The notes: generated by a model not told the origin, from the letters alone. A DNA stretch of 40,000 bases from Pseudomonadota bacterium (GCA_038748515.1 JBCDIW010000002.1:382296-422295); one strand, 5' to 3'; counted from the first letter of the stretch, positions 19,369 to 29,043 are shown. Program-made: numbers and translations.

Positions 19369-19815
19369 GTGGACTGGGTCAGGGAATCGAAAAAGCTGTT
19401 CACGGCGCCCAAGCCGGTGCACTTCACCGATTTCCGGCACTGCTGCGAGTGCGAAGAACACGATGAAACACTTCGAGGGAGTTCGGTCGACATCATTGGC
19501 CTAGCGGAGCTCGGCAATCCCGGTTGGGATCCGTTGAATTTCTGTACGGTCGAAGGTCTGGACTACTACTTTCCAGCACTCGTTCGCCTGTCCCTTGATA
19601 CCGTCGATACCGATGCGTTCTACTTCGAGCAGCTACTGTTTCACCTGGAAAACGGCGGGCGGGGAAATCGTCTGTACTTGCACGCTTCGAGGCGGCAACG
19701 GGCATTCGTCGCCTCGTTCCTGGAGCACATGATCACGGCCTTTCCGAGCCAGCTCGACGCGAACGGGTGTGCCGACGATGCTCTGCGCACTTATGAGTTA
19801 TGGTTCAACGCCTGA
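19369..19815 (+). CDS. Hypothetical Cys/His-motif protein (CCECEEH), unknown function
   Basis: 148-aa ORF with coding-like composition and a GTG start. No confident family assignment. Confidence 0.5.
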   Translation: MDWVRESKKLFTAPKPVHFTDFRHCCECEEHDETLRGSSVDIIGLAELGNPGWDPLNFCTVEGLDYYFPALVRLSLDTVDTDAFYFEQLLFHLENGGRGNRLYLHASRRQRAFVASFLEHMITAFPSQLDANGCADDALRTYELWFNA

Positions 19816-19838
19816 GACCAGAGCAGTCCGAGGCCCTC

Positions 19839-20279
19839 ATGAAGCGACATACTTACTCGATATCCATCAACAAATCCCGGGACACGGTATTCAACAAGCT
19901 TGTGGACAAAGAGCTCTATCCGCGGTGGGCCAGGGCCTGGGGAGCTGGCATGCGCTGCGAAGGAGAGTGGACAGTAGGCGGTCACATCTCCTATTTCGAT
20001 TCCAAGCGGGGCGGTACAAGAGTCGTCATTGAGGAGTTTGTCCCCGGCGAATCAATCAAGACAAAGCACGTGGCAATGGTCGATCCCGAAAATGTCGACG
20101 TCGAACTGGCGGACGAAACGATGCGCAAATGGATAGGTTCGCAGGAGGACTACGCCTTCATGGAGGAGCATGGCGCAACGACGTTTCGAGTGGAAATGAC
20201 GGCGGACGAGGCCTTCGATGAGATGATGAACGCCTGGCCCCAGGCTTTGGAGTACTTCAAGGAGGCTTGCGAAGCGTAG
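19839..20279 (+). CDS. SRPBCC/AHSA1-like ligand-binding protein
   Basis: MKRHTYSISINKSRDTVFNKLVDKELYPRW... has the size and pattern of an SRPBCC fold. The ATG at 19839 is preceded by GAGG. Confidence 0.55.
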   Translation: MKRHTYSISINKSRDTVFNKLVDKELYPRWARAWGAGMRCEGEWTVGGHISYFDSKRGGTRVVIEEFVPGESIKTKHVAMVDPENVDVELADETMRKWIGSQEDYAFMEEHGATTFRVEMTADEAFDEMMNAWPQALEYFKEACEA

Positions 20280-20353
20280 CTGCGGGGCCGTCTCCGCTTA
20301 CACTTTGATCCTCGCGGCGCGTCCGGTGCGAACGGTAGCGAGAAAACCCCGGC

Positions 20354-20689
20354 CTAATTTCCGCCCGTGGGGTTGCCTGCCTGCACAGAGCGGTTCTGCA
20401 TCTCCGTGGTCACCTTGTTTCCTGTGCCCTGCATGGCATCCCAGTCGGATTGGCGTACGCACACGCGACGTGCGACTTTTGTTCCGACCTGAGTAATGAG
20501 CTTACATACTCTCGGATCATCTTCTTTATTCTTTCCTTGCGCAGCGGCTACTTGCGCGCTGGACTGGGCGGGTCCGGCGTCGCCGAGATCGGGGTCGGTC
20601 GTGGAGCACGCTGCCATCACGGTGAGCGCAATTGCGCCGACCATCGCGCTCTTCAATCTCAAATTCACTGCGTTTGAACTCGTTCTCAT
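20354..20689 (-). CDS. Small lipoprotein
   Basis: 111 aa starting at the ATG at 20689. Signal peptide with lipobox: MVGAIALTVMAAC. The longer 247-aa track ORF upstream of this ATG looks like non-coding read-through. Confidence 0.5.
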   Translation of the reverse strand: MRTSSNAVNLRLKSAMVGAIALTVMAACSTTDPDLGDAGPAQSSAQVAAAQGKNKEDDPRVCKLITQVGTKVARRVCVRQSDWDAMQGTGNKVTTEMQNRSVQAGNPTGGN

Positions 20690-20902
20690 CGGCAACCCTG
20701 GTAACAAAACAACTCCATTGTGAAGCTGAGACGGAGGGCCTCGATGGAGCACAGTTCTCAGACAAGATTGAAGTCGATTTGTCCGTCTGCTTCGACGCCC
20801 TGGCGCTATCGTGAACGAATTGTGCTCTGCGCGTCCAGACCGTGGATCTGCGACACTATTCGCATCGCCAAACGCGTGCTTTCCGAGGACCTGCGCAACG
20901 CC

Positions 20903-21376
20903 ATGACCCCAGGAATCACCACCGCTCAGAGAGCGAAGATTGCCTACACAATTCACGAATATGCTCATGATGCATCCAGTGAATCCTATGGCCTGGAAGC
21001 AGCCGAGAAACTCGGTGTACCGGCGGAGCGTATTTTCAAGACACTGGTTGTCAGCCTCGACGGTCGCAAGCTTGCGGTCGGGATCGTGCCGGTGCAAATG
21101 ACGCTGAACATGAAGCTTTTGGCCAGGGCCGTGGGGGCAAAGAAAGCGAGCATGGCGGCAAAGGCCGACGTTGAGCGCTCGACCGGCTATGTGCTGGGCG
21201 GCGTTAGCCCTCTCGGGCAGAAGCGGCGGCTGCCGACCGTCCTGGATGCGTCGGCCCTGCGCTACGCTACGATCTACGTCAGTGCCGGCCGAAGGGGACT
21301 CGAGATCGAGTTGAGTCCCGATGACCTGGCCGCACTGATTGATGGCGTATTCGCGGAGATCAGTCAGAAGGCGTAG
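20903..21376 (+). CDS. ybaK: Cys-tRNA(Pro)/Cys-tRNA(Cys) deacylase YbaK
   Basis: MTPGITTAQRAKIAYTIHEY...FKTLVV...GYVLGGVSPLGQKRRLPTVLD...IYVSAGRRGLEIEL are YbaK hallmarks. About 157 aa, as in E. coli. Confidence 0.8.
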   Translation: MTPGITTAQRAKIAYTIHEYAHDASSESYGLEAAEKLGVPAERIFKTLVVSLDGRKLAVGIVPVQMTLNMKLLARAVGAKKASMAAKADVERSTGYVLGGVSPLGQKRRLPTVLDASALRYATIYVSAGRRGLEIELSPDDLAALIDGVFAEISQKA

Positions 21377-21562
21377 ATGCGGGAAAGAGAGCGCTCTCGA
21401 TATAGGGTGCCTGTCAACCCGAGGGTAATCAGCTACAGATTCGCGAGTTTACTTCGTGATGGCCAGAGTCGCTGATATGGGGAAGGTGCGCACCCGGACG
21501 CGGTGGTCGGCCTATGCGGCGTGTTCGGAAAACTCAGGAATTGATATCGGGAGATTCGCAAG

Positions 21563-22270
21563 TTGAAGACCATCGGCCTGCTGGGCGGGATGAGCTGGGA
21601 AAGCACGCTTGGCTACTACAAAGCGATCAACGAAGGAGTGAAATCCAGGCTTGGGGGACTACACTCGGCACAGATCGCGATGGTCAGCGTCGATTTTCAG
21701 CCCATCGAGGAAATGCAGCATGCGGGAAACTGGGCGGGAACGGCGCAGGTTCTAGCCAAGGCTGCCGCAAGCATCGAGGCAGCCGGAGCGGATATCCTGC
21801 TTATCTGTACCAATACGATGCACAAGGTCGCGCCGGAGATCGGGGCCGCGATTCAGATACCCGTACTCCACATCGCTGATGCCACCGCGCAGGTCCTTGT
21901 CCGTGAAGGGATCAAGACGGTCGGACTGTTGGGTACGGCCTTCACCATGGAGCAGGAGTTTTACAAGGGCAGGCTCAGCGACGCTTTCGGTTTGCAGGTG
22001 CTGGTCCCGGGCGACGAAGACAGGGACACCGTGCATCGGGTGATCTACGACGAACTGTGCCTGGGTGTCGTGAGCGCCGAGTCGAAAGCGGCGTTCCTGC
22101 GGATTGTGCGCCGTCTCGCTGACGAGGGCGCGGAAGCGGTAATCCTGGGCTGCACGGAGATTGGCATGCTGATCAGCCAGGCGGATACGGAGGTACGGCT
22201 CTTTGATACAACCGCCATACATGCGCAAAGTGCCGTCGACTTTGCGACAGCCCAGGAGATCGGCAAATGA
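21563..22270 (+). CDS. Aspartate/glutamate racemase family protein
   Basis: MKTIGLLGGMSWEST, ILLICTNTMH and VILGCTEIG (two catalytic Cys/Thr motifs). TTG start. Confidence 0.85.
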   Translation: MKTIGLLGGMSWESTLGYYKAINEGVKSRLGGLHSAQIAMVSVDFQPIEEMQHAGNWAGTAQVLAKAAASIEAAGADILLICTNTMHKVAPEIGAAIQIPVLHIADATAQVLVREGIKTVGLLGTAFTMEQEFYKGRLSDAFGLQVLVPGDEDRDTVHRVIYDELCLGVVSAESKAAFLRIVRRLADEGAEAVILGCTEIGMLISQADTEVRLFDTTAIHAQSAVDFATAQEIGK

Positions 22271-22370
22271 ATGCGGCTGGAAACACAGCGAATTGGGTCA
22301 GACTCCCGGATTCCGATCTCGGTGATCCGCGGCGACGCCATGGCAACGAAATTGCGGAGGTTCGTGTCCC

Positions 22371-22688
22371 ATGAGTGAGGTGACCATTGGAGCGCTCATC
22401 GCCTTTGTCGGCGCTGTGATTCCCTGTGCGGTGCTGGGGTACCTGATTGCAGTGAAAGAACGGCGCAACCTCATCGCAGGGTGGAATGAAGAGAAAGTTC
22501 GGGACGCAAAGGCCTTTGGCACCTTGATTGGTTGGAGTCTGATGGCGCTAGCGGTGGCACTCGCAATTGTCACCGCGCTATGGGCGCTGGGGCGGATTTC
22601 CGATGAATGGTTTGCCCTGTATGCCCTCATCGCCTCCATGATACCCATTGCCGCGTTGGTGCTCGCAAAAGTGAAATACGGCGCCTAG
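22371..22688 (+). CDS. Small membrane protein (DUF3784-like)
   Basis: 105 aa with three hydrophobic helices and an IAGWNEEKVRD loop. Confidence 0.5.
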   Translation: MSEVTIGALIAFVGAVIPCAVLGYLIAVKERRNLIAGWNEEKVRDAKAFGTLIGWSLMALAVALAIVTALWALGRISDEWFALYALIASMIPIAALVLAKVKYGA

Positions 22689-22819
22689 GCACATACTATG
22701 CGTCCCAGGTCGTGCGCGACCGATCCTAATGGAATTAGCGCCGTCCGCCCAGGATGCACTCTGCTTCCGGGGGGAGACGATTTTTGAACCGATCCTGCTG
22801 TAAACGAGGGAGTGCCGGG

Positions 22820-23257
22820 ATGAGAACCGCTGAAAATGCAGACCTTTCAAAGATCGTTGATCTCCTCGCCGCCAGCGCGCTGCCTACGGAAGATCTTGAA
22901 CAGCAGGACCTGTCGCTGTTTGTAGTAGAGGAGCTCGGTGCCGGATTGGGGGGCGTTGGCGGACTGGAGCGCTGTGGTCGCGATGCCCTCCTGCGCTCCG
23001 TGGCCACCTCTGAATCGTTGCGTGGTCAGGGCAGGGCGCGCGCTATGGTCGCCGAACTCGAAGGCCGCGCCGCCCGCCACGGCATTGAAGAACTGTACTT
23101 GCTGACCGAAACCGCGGCCGATTTTTTCGCGAGTCTTGGCTATGCTGTCCGAGACCGGGAGACGGTGCCGGACGCGGTGCGGGCGAGTCGCCAGTTTTCG
23201 TCGATATGCCCGGACAGTGCCACGGTAATGGCAAAACGGGTTGCATCGGAGACCTAG
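22820..23257 (+). CDS. GNAT N-acetyltransferase, ArsN2-like
   Basis: LLRSVATSESLRGQGRARAMV...LYLLTETAADFFASLGY...RQFSSICPDSATVM resembles the ArsN2 subfamily. ATG at 22820. Confidence 0.7.
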   Translation: MRTAENADLSKIVDLLAASALPTEDLEQQDLSLFVVEELGAGLGGVGGLERCGRDALLRSVATSESLRGQGRARAMVAELEGRAARHGIEELYLLTETAADFFASLGYAVRDRETVPDAVRASRQFSSICPDSATVMAKRVASET

Positions 23258-23298
23258 ATCCTGGCGATGAAACGCCGGGCAGATAGACAATCACGGCT

Positions 23299-23733
23299 AT
23301 GGATTCAGATTCACAGCCCCTGGAACAGCGGGCCGAAACTCCACGGGCGGCCGAATACAGGCAGCTTCGGGTTATCTGCGGGCTCTCGCCCAGATCCGAA
23401 GAAGCCGCCGCGAGGGGCCTCCCACGGAGCCTGTACTGCACGACCATCCGAGATGGCGAGCGACTCATTGCCATGGCGCGCGTGGTGGGAGATGGTGGCT
23501 GCAACTTCGAGGTTGTCGATGTGGCGGTGCACCCGGACTACCAGAAGCGGGGTCTCGGCACGCGGCTCATGAGCGCTGTGAGCGAATACATCCGAGCCAA
23601 TGCCCCCGAGTCCGCCTACGTGTGCCTGATCGCGGATCACCACTCGCCGGCGCTGTATTCGAAGTTTGGCTTTAAGCCCACGGCACCCGTGTCGATTGGT
23701 ATGGCCTATAAGGTAACGGGAAGAGTTGAGTGA
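23299..23733 (+). CDS. GNAT N-acetyltransferase
   Basis: The VDVAVHPDYQKRGLGTRLM acetyl-CoA binding motif, then YSKFGF. Confidence 0.75.
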   Translation: MDSDSQPLEQRAETPRAAEYRQLRVICGLSPRSEEAAARGLPRSLYCTTIRDGERLIAMARVVGDGGCNFEVVDVAVHPDYQKRGLGTRLMSAVSEYIRANAPESAYVCLIADHHSPALYSKFGFKPTAPVSIGMAYKVTGRVE

Positions 23734-24115
23734 TATGAGCAACGCCGTTGACGACCAGTTTCAAGGCAGCTTCGACGACAAGGCATTCTGGAAAAAGGCC
23801 AGGCGCTACGCGCGCGTCGCCGGCTACGAGTTGATGGAGAAGGCGCTGTGGCTCTATTACGCTACCCAAGCTTCAGGCACGCCGGCCTGGGCGAAGTCCG
23901 TCATCTACGGTGCCCTCGCGTACTTTGTGCTCCCCATAGACGCGATCCCCGACCTGCTCCCAGTTGCCGGATTCACCGATGATCTTGGTGCCCTGGCCGC
24001 GGCGTTGATATCGGTCGCCCCGTATGTAGACGATGACGTTAAGCGGCGCACGGAGGCCACGCTCAGGAGCTGGTTTGGAGCTGGATCTGAGCTCGGGGAT
24101 TTGTCCGACAATTGA
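23726..24115 (+). CDS. DUF1232 (YkvA-like) membrane protein
   Basis: The LAYFVLPIDAIPDLLPVAGFTDDL motif is diagnostic of DUF1232. It overlaps the upstream GNAT gene by 8 nt. Confidence 0.7.
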   Translation: MSDMSNAVDDQFQGSFDDKAFWKKARRYARVAGYELMEKALWLYYATQASGTPAWAKSVIYGALAYFVLPIDAIPDLLPVAGFTDDLGALAAALISVAPYVDDDVKRRTEATLRSWFGAGSELGDLSDN

Positions 24116-24133
24116 AGACCAATCCACCGAACA

Positions 24134-24583
24134 GTGACCGCTGCGCCTCCGCGCGCTTTAGGATCTGAACCGCCGATGGCTGATATGAACGAAGTCAACG
24201 CCCGGGGAGATGGCCTTCTTCCGGGGCTGCTGGGTATCCACTTTTCCGCACTCCAAGCCGAACTCGTACGCGCGGAGCTGGAAGTACAGCAACACCACAT
24301 GGCGCCCAATGGCTTTCTGCACGCCGGGTCAGTCATCACGCTCGCGGACACCTGCTGTGGCTACGGCTGTAGAGAAAACATGCCCGCGGAGGCGATTGGA
24401 TTCACGACCATTGAAACCAAGTCAAACCATCTGGGCACGGCCCGTTCCGGGTACATCGACTGCGAGGCGAGGCCTTTGCATGTGGGCCGGACGACCCAGG
24501 TCTGGGATGCGACGGTGACGAGTCGGGAGTCGGGGAAGACCATCGCGCTGTTCCGCTGCACACAAATGCTACTCTACCGATGA
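24134..24583 (+). CDS. PaaI-family hotdog thioesterase
   Basis: ...APNGFLHAGSVITLADTCCGYG...GRTTQVWDATV is typical of the PaaI/YdiI family. The start may be the ATG at 24176. Confidence 0.75.
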   Translation: MTAAPPRALGSEPPMADMNEVNARGDGLLPGLLGIHFSALQAELVRAELEVQQHHMAPNGFLHAGSVITLADTCCGYGCRENMPAEAIGFTTIETKSNHLGTARSGYIDCEARPLHVGRTTQVWDATVTSRESGKTIALFRCTQMLLYR

Positions 24584-24831
24584 TTCCGATACCGACAGGT
24601 TTTCCCATGAACGTCTCCCTCAAAGCGGCCGCAGTACTTTTGCTTGCTCCCGCCGCGAGTCTGCTGATGTCAGGCTGTACTTCAGAGCAGCTCTACACCA
24701 AGATTCAGAATGATCGCGCGCTCGAGTGCCAGAAGTATCCCGACACGCGCTACGATGACTGCATGGCCCAGCTCTCGGGTCCCTATGATGAGTACGAGGA
24801 GTCACTGCCTGAAAAGGAGTCCGGTCAATGA
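24580..24831 (+). CDS. Small lipoprotein (start may be 24607)
   Basis: The signal peptide ends LLMSGC (lipobox). It overlaps the neighbouring genes by 4 nt at both ends (ATGA). Confidence 0.5.
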   Translation: MIPIPTGFPMNVSLKAAAVLLLAPAASLLMSGCTSEQLYTKIQNDRALECQKYPDTRYDDCMAQLSGPYDEYEESLPEKESGQ

Positions 24832-25247
24832 CGGCCGTGCCTCTCAGAAAGAGCGCCGCTGATCTCGTCGCGGAGGCTCGGGTGGTGATAGAGACCCTGA
24901 GCGTGGACGAGGCGAAGGCGCTGCACGGCGACGGTTCGGCACTCTTTGTGGACATTCGCGACGTGCGCGAACTGAAGCAGCAGGGAACGATTTCCGGCGC
25001 CTTCCACGCACCGCGCGGCATGCTCGAATTCTGGATCGATCCGCAGAGTCCCTATTTCAAGCCGGTCTTTGCGGAGCACGAGCGGCTGGTGCTCTTCTGC
25101 CAGTCGAGCTGGCGCTCGGCCCTGGCTGCGAAATCGCTTTCGGAGATGGGCGCGGCCGTGGCGCATATCGACGGCGGCTTCAAGGCCTGGCAGGAGGCCG
25201 GCGGAGCGGTAACGGCGCCTGAGCCGCAGCGAGAGCAAGAGAACTGA
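24828..25247 (+). CDS. Rhodanese-domain sulfurtransferase
   Basis: Single rhodanese domain with active-site loop FCQSSWRS, followed by GGFKAW. Confidence 0.75.
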   Translation: MTAVPLRKSAADLVAEARVVIETLSVDEAKALHGDGSALFVDIRDVRELKQQGTISGAFHAPRGMLEFWIDPQSPYFKPVFAEHERLVLFCQSSWRSALAAKSLSEMGAAVAHIDGGFKAWQEAGGAVTAPEPQREQEN

Positions 25248-25249
25248 GC

Positions 25250-25606
25250 GTGGAACCCGCAGCCGTCAACCTGCAGTCCAAGCTGGATTCATTCAGCGAG
25301 CACTGGTCGCCGAAAATCGTGTCGGCGTTCAACGGGCACGATGTCATGGTGGTCAAAGCGCGGGGCGAATTCACCTGGCACTCGCATCCGGATACCGACG
25401 ACTTCTTCCTGGTGCTCAAAGGTCGCCTGACCATCAAGCTCCGAGACGGTGACGTACACCTGGGTCCCGGCGAACTCTACATCGTCCCGAAAGGTGTAGA
25501 GCATTGCCCCGTTGCCGAGGAAGAAGTTCAGCTGCTGCTCATCGAGCCTGCGGGAACGCCGAACACGGGTGACGAGAAGACCGCGGTCGTAAAGACCCAT
25601 CTATAG
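25250..25606 (+). CDS. Cupin-domain protein
   Basis: WHSHPDTDDFFLVLKG...PKGVEHCP are cupin motifs 1 and 2. GTG start 2 nt after the rhodanese stop. Confidence 0.7.
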   Translation: MEPAAVNLQSKLDSFSEHWSPKIVSAFNGHDVMVVKARGEFTWHSHPDTDDFFLVLKGRLTIKLRDGDVHLGPGELYIVPKGVEHCPVAEEEVQLLLIEPAGTPNTGDEKTAVVKTHL

Positions 25607-25656
25607 TGCCCAACCTCAGTGCCCAACCTCAGTGCCCAACCTCAGTGCCCAGCCTC
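25605..25656. repeat. 13-bp tandem repeat AGTGCCCAACCTC x4
   Basis: Read directly. It begins at the cupin stop codon, and the fourth copy has one substitution. Confidence 0.9.
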
Positions 25657-25889
25657 CATAGCTTACCGATACTCGGAATTCTCGGCGAGAGATTGTGCGT
25701 TGCAGGAGCTTTAAGGCTAGCGCCATAGCTATCGCCGCAGGAGGAAAACTCGCCGCAACGTGCGAGATCCAGCAAGAAACCAAACAGGCATTTCGCGAGG
25801 CGATTGCCGATTCAATGGGCGTCTGGTCGCCGAAGCGGTGATAACTGGCGGCCAGAGCGCCGCCCGACGACACGGGGAGGCAAACGCCG

Positions 25890-26144
25890 ATGAGTAAACC
25901 TGATTTCACGGCGGATGAGAAAGAGATCATCGTTCAGAAAGTAAAGCAGTACTTTCGCGATCAGCTGGAACAGGATATCGGGGGTTTTGACGCCGAGTTC
26001 CTGATCGACTTCTTTGCCGAAGAGATCGGCGCCTACTTCTACAATCGAGGGTTGCACGACGCGCAGGCTCTTTTTGCACGCAAGGTCGACGAGTTTTCTG
26101 ACGCTGTATACGAGCTTGAGCGACCTGTGAATTCGATCCGCTGA
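25890..26144 (+). CDS. DUF2164-family protein
   Basis: 84 aa. ...IGGFDAEFLIDFFAEEIGAYFYNRGLHDA matches my recollection of DUF2164. Confidence 0.65.
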   Translation: MSKPDFTADEKEIIVQKVKQYFRDQLEQDIGGFDAEFLIDFFAEEIGAYFYNRGLHDAQALFARKVDEFSDAVYELERPVNSIR

Positions 26145-26260
26145 CTACTGAGCAAGCCCCAGTGGCCGGTTTCGACAGTTTCGAGCGCGGTTCGGCGCTT
26201 CCGGTTGCGCGCTAATGCATCCACGCTGCGTCCTCCTGGTGCAAATCTGGAGGGGGACCG

Positions 26261-26551
26261 GTGCGGATCGAACCACACCGTTTGCCGACTTTTACGCCGG
26301 TCATATTCACGCTGGCCTTACTGCCAGGGATGGCTCACGGGGGGTATGCAGCGGCGCGCACGGCATCCGATGAAACCCTGGAGCGTTGCCGCTATCTGCA
26401 CGGGCGCATCGAGTTTTACACCGACCGGAGACGATCAGGGGGAAGCGGAGCGCAGATGGAACGCTGGCGAAAGTCGCGGCAACGCTTCGAACGCGAATTC
26501 CGGGAACAGCGCTGTCATCGCTTTGGACGGCGTTTGCGGGGAGATCGCTGA
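26261..26551 (+). CDS. Possible small secreted basic protein
   Basis: 96 aa with a signal-like FTPVIFTLALLPGMAHG, two Cys and an Arg-rich tail. Coding status is uncertain. Confidence 0.35.
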   Translation: MRIEPHRLPTFTPVIFTLALLPGMAHGGYAAARTASDETLERCRYLHGRIEFYTDRRRSGGSGAQMERWRKSRQRFEREFREQRCHRFGRRLRGDR

Positions 26552-26563
26552 TAAAATCGAGGC

Positions 26564-27028
26564 ATGTCTCTTGAACTGAAAGTGCCCCCGCCTCTGGTGC
26601 TGCTGATCTGTGTCGCGGCGATGTTTACCGTCCGGGAGGTGCTGCCGGGTTTCGATTTGCCGCTGTCCCGGTCCCTGGCTAGCTGGGTCGCTAGCGGCCT
26701 CGCCGGATTCGGCATTCTTATTGCGCTGCTGGGTGTCGGAGAATTTCGCAAAGCGACGACTACCGTCGATCCACGTCACCCCGAAAAGGCTTCGGCGTTG
26801 GTGTGCAAGGGCGTGTATCGCTACACGAGGAATCCTATGTATCTCGGCATGCTACTCTGCCTGGCGGGCCTGTTCGTTCACCTTCGCAGTCTTCCCACCG
26901 GGCTCTTGCTTCCATGCTTCGTGCTCTACATGAATCGCTATCAGATCGCGGCAGAGGAACGGGCCATTCAGGTGCGCTTCGGTGATTCCTACGCTGATTA
27001 TCGGACGCGCGTGCGTCGATGGATCTGA
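26564..27028 (+). CDS. Isoprenylcysteine carboxyl methyltransferase (ICMT/PEMT) family membrane protein
   Basis: The GVYRYTRNPMYLGMLL motif and the C-terminal EERAIQVRFGDSYADYRTRVRRWI. Confidence 0.8.
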   Translation: MSLELKVPPPLVLLICVAAMFTVREVLPGFDLPLSRSLASWVASGLAGFGILIALLGVGEFRKATTTVDPRHPEKASALVCKGVYRYTRNPMYLGMLLCLAGLFVHLRSLPTGLLLPCFVLYMNRYQIAAEERAIQVRFGDSYADYRTRVRRWI

Positions 27029-27050
27029 TGCGCCTGTGTCATAGAAAACT

Positions 27051-27566
27051 ATGTCACAGAAAACCGTGGCGTCGGTGAGCGGACGCAACATAAAGCGCCT
27101 CTCTCCTGCGGCTCTGCTGATCGTCCTGCTGGTCGGCCTGTGGGAAGGCCTGTCGGACACGGCGGAGCAGGCAGCGACATCGTCGTCTGCTGCCTTGGAG
27201 GGGTCGGATGCTGTCAGCCCGTCCTCAGGCAACACCGATGCCCTTATTGAAAGGGCGTTTCGCGAACGCCGCGGTGACCTGCAGGTTTCCGGCGAGGGCC
27301 GAGTCGTCCGAGTTCTACCCGATGACACGCAAGGCAGCCAGCATCAACGCTTCCTCCTCGAACTCGCATCGGGGCAGACCCTGCTCGTGGCGCACAATAT
27401 CGACCTGGCCCCGCGTATTCCTGAACTACGTCGGGGTGATCGCGTGGCCTTTTACGGCGAGTATGAGTGGAATGAGCGCGGCGGTGTGATGCACTGGACC
27501 CATCACGATCCAAGGGGCAGGCACCCAGACGGTTGGCTCGAGCACGAGGGTCGTCGCTACGAGTAG
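27051..27566 (+). CDS. DUF3465-family secreted protein
   Basis: ...VLPDDTQGSQHQRFLLELASGQTLLVAHNIDLAPRI....GDRVAFYGEYEWNERGGVMHWTHHDP is the DUF3465 signature. Confidence 0.7.
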   Translation: MSQKTVASVSGRNIKRLSPAALLIVLLVGLWEGLSDTAEQAATSSSAALEGSDAVSPSSGNTDALIERAFRERRGDLQVSGEGRVVRVLPDDTQGSQHQRFLLELASGQTLLVAHNIDLAPRIPELRRGDRVAFYGEYEWNERGGVMHWTHHDPRGRHPDGWLEHEGRRYE

Positions 27567-27595
27567 GCGCTAACTCACCTTACTTCGGAGACTTC

Positions 27596-28144
27596 ATGAA
27601 AATGCCATACCCCTTCTCGACCAGGCTGCTGGCCATGCTCGGCATCGCCGTTGGCTTGTCCGCCTGCCTGGGAATGCCGGACGGCGTTGAACCGGTAGAG
27701 AACTTCGATGCGGACCGCTATCTGGGAAAGTGGTACGAGATTGCGCGCCTCGATCACAGCTTCGAGCGAGGACTCAATAATGTTACCGCCGAGTACAGTC
27801 TGCGCGATGACGGTGCGATCCGCGTCGTAAACAGCGGCTACGATAGCGAGGAGGGAGAGTTTGATTCCATAGAAGGGGTCGCGCGCTTCGTTCGCGAAGA
27901 CGATGAGGCCTATCTCAAGGTATCTTTCTTTGGTCCATTCTATGGATCCTACGTTGTCTTCGAACTGGAGCGCGAGGATTACAGCTACGCGTTTGTATCC
28001 GGTTTTAACCGCAGTTTTTTGTGGTTGCTCGCTCGCGAACCTGAAGTCAGTGAAGAACTTCGCGCAGCGTTTCTTGAACGTGCAGGGGAGCTTGGTTTCG
28101 ACGTCTCAGAGGTGCTTTGGGTGGACCACAGTCCTCCCGGCTAG
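27596..28144 (+). CDS. blc: Outer-membrane lipocalin Blc
   Basis: Lipobox LSAC, then YLGKWYEIARLDHSFERGL (the bacterial lipocalin signature). ATG at 27596. Confidence 0.85.
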   Translation: MKMPYPFSTRLLAMLGIAVGLSACLGMPDGVEPVENFDADRYLGKWYEIARLDHSFERGLNNVTAEYSLRDDGAIRVVNSGYDSEEGEFDSIEGVARFVREDDEAYLKVSFFGPFYGSYVVFELEREDYSYAFVSGFNRSFLWLLAREPEVSEELRAAFLERAGELGFDVSEVLWVDHSPPG

Positions 28145-28271
28145 CGGTTCTCGAGTTTTCCCCAATGGGTGTGTCGAAAAAGACAAGAGCGGCTTGCCCG
28201 GTTCGTCGGCTCTTTAAAAAAGCGCAGGTGAGCGCTTAAGCGCGATGCGTCCAGAGCAAGCCGCGTTTTGA

Positions 28272-28862
28272 TCAGCGGCGATCGCTGACTTCGATGAGCT
28301 CCCAACTGCCGGGCTGACCATCGCGCTCGACGTAGCGATAGCGGATTCTTGCCCCGTGCGTGACGTCGTCCAGCTCGTCGAGGTTGGGGTTGCTGATGAA
28401 CTTTACGCGGCGCCGACTCGAGCTTCGATTCAGCGAGCAAGTCCCCTCGCTGCCGCGGTAGGCTTTGTCGAAGCGCACATACATCGGCTGACCGATCTGC
28501 TCGGCCTTACGCATGTCTACGCGGCCTTCGAGAATGCAGTCTTCCGTGATCTGCGCGTTGGCATTCAACGCGGCCACGGTGAGCGCGAGCGTGAGAAAGG
28601 TCAGGGTGATGGCGCGCCAATACGGGGAGCCCGTCTCATCCCTGCGGGCGCCCAATGGAATGGAGAGCGCTGCGGGTGCTGCGGATAATGATGTCGGTTT
28701 GCTTGACCCGCGCCGGGCGCTGGCAGAAAAGCGTCGACTGCGGTCAGGGGAGCGATCAGTGGCAGCAGGCCGGTTTTGGCCGCCGCAGCTATCGTAACTT
28801 TGCCTGTGATCGCGATTCATGCGATTGATCTGATTATTCATCGAAGTTCTCCTTCGCCTCAC
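28272..28862 (-). CDS. Hypothetical secreted protein; true start probably internal (for example the TTG at 28655)
   Basis: The hydrophobic signal-like WRAITLTFLTLALTVAALNANA is followed by a roughly 95-aa domain. The N-terminal 70 aa of the track ORF are Arg/Ser-rich and unlikely to be coding. Confidence 0.4.
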   Translation of the reverse strand: MRRRRTSMNNQINRMNRDHRQSYDSCGGQNRPAATDRSPDRSRRFSASARRGSSKPTSLSAAPAALSIPLGARRDETGSPYWRAITLTFLTLALTVAALNANAQITEDCILEGRVDMRKAEQIGQPMYVRFDKAYRGSEGTCSLNRSSSRRRVKFISNPNLDELDDVTHGARIRYRYVERDGQPGSWELIEVSDRR

Positions 28863-29000
28863 GGCGATGTGGTGTTTTCGCTGTCGGTACGTTCCCTCGT
28901 TCGGACAGATGGTTGTGGCCCGTTACCCCGGCTTACCGCCGGTGCTTCATGCCGTTCATTTAGATGACGCGTTTTCAACCAGGCGCGTCGGAAGCCGCTG

Positions 29001-29043
29001 TAACGGCTGCTAGCTATAACGGCTGCTAGTAACGGCTGTTAAG
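29001..29043. repeat. Short tandem repeat TAACGGCTGCTAG x3 (14-15-bp units)
   Basis: Read directly: taacggctgctagc tataacggctgctag taacggctgttaag. Confidence 0.8.

Noticed and set aside
20690-21097. Upstream part of the 247-aa minus-strand ORF 20354-21097
   Set aside because: It overlaps ybaK on the opposite strand and has a non-protein-like translation. Only the last 111 codons, with a lipoprotein signal peptide, look real.
25616-25930. 104-aa minus-strand ORF between the cupin and DUF2164 genes
   Set aside because: It begins by overlapping the DUF2164 start and ends in the 13-bp tandem repeat. It has no recognisable motif or ribosome-binding site.
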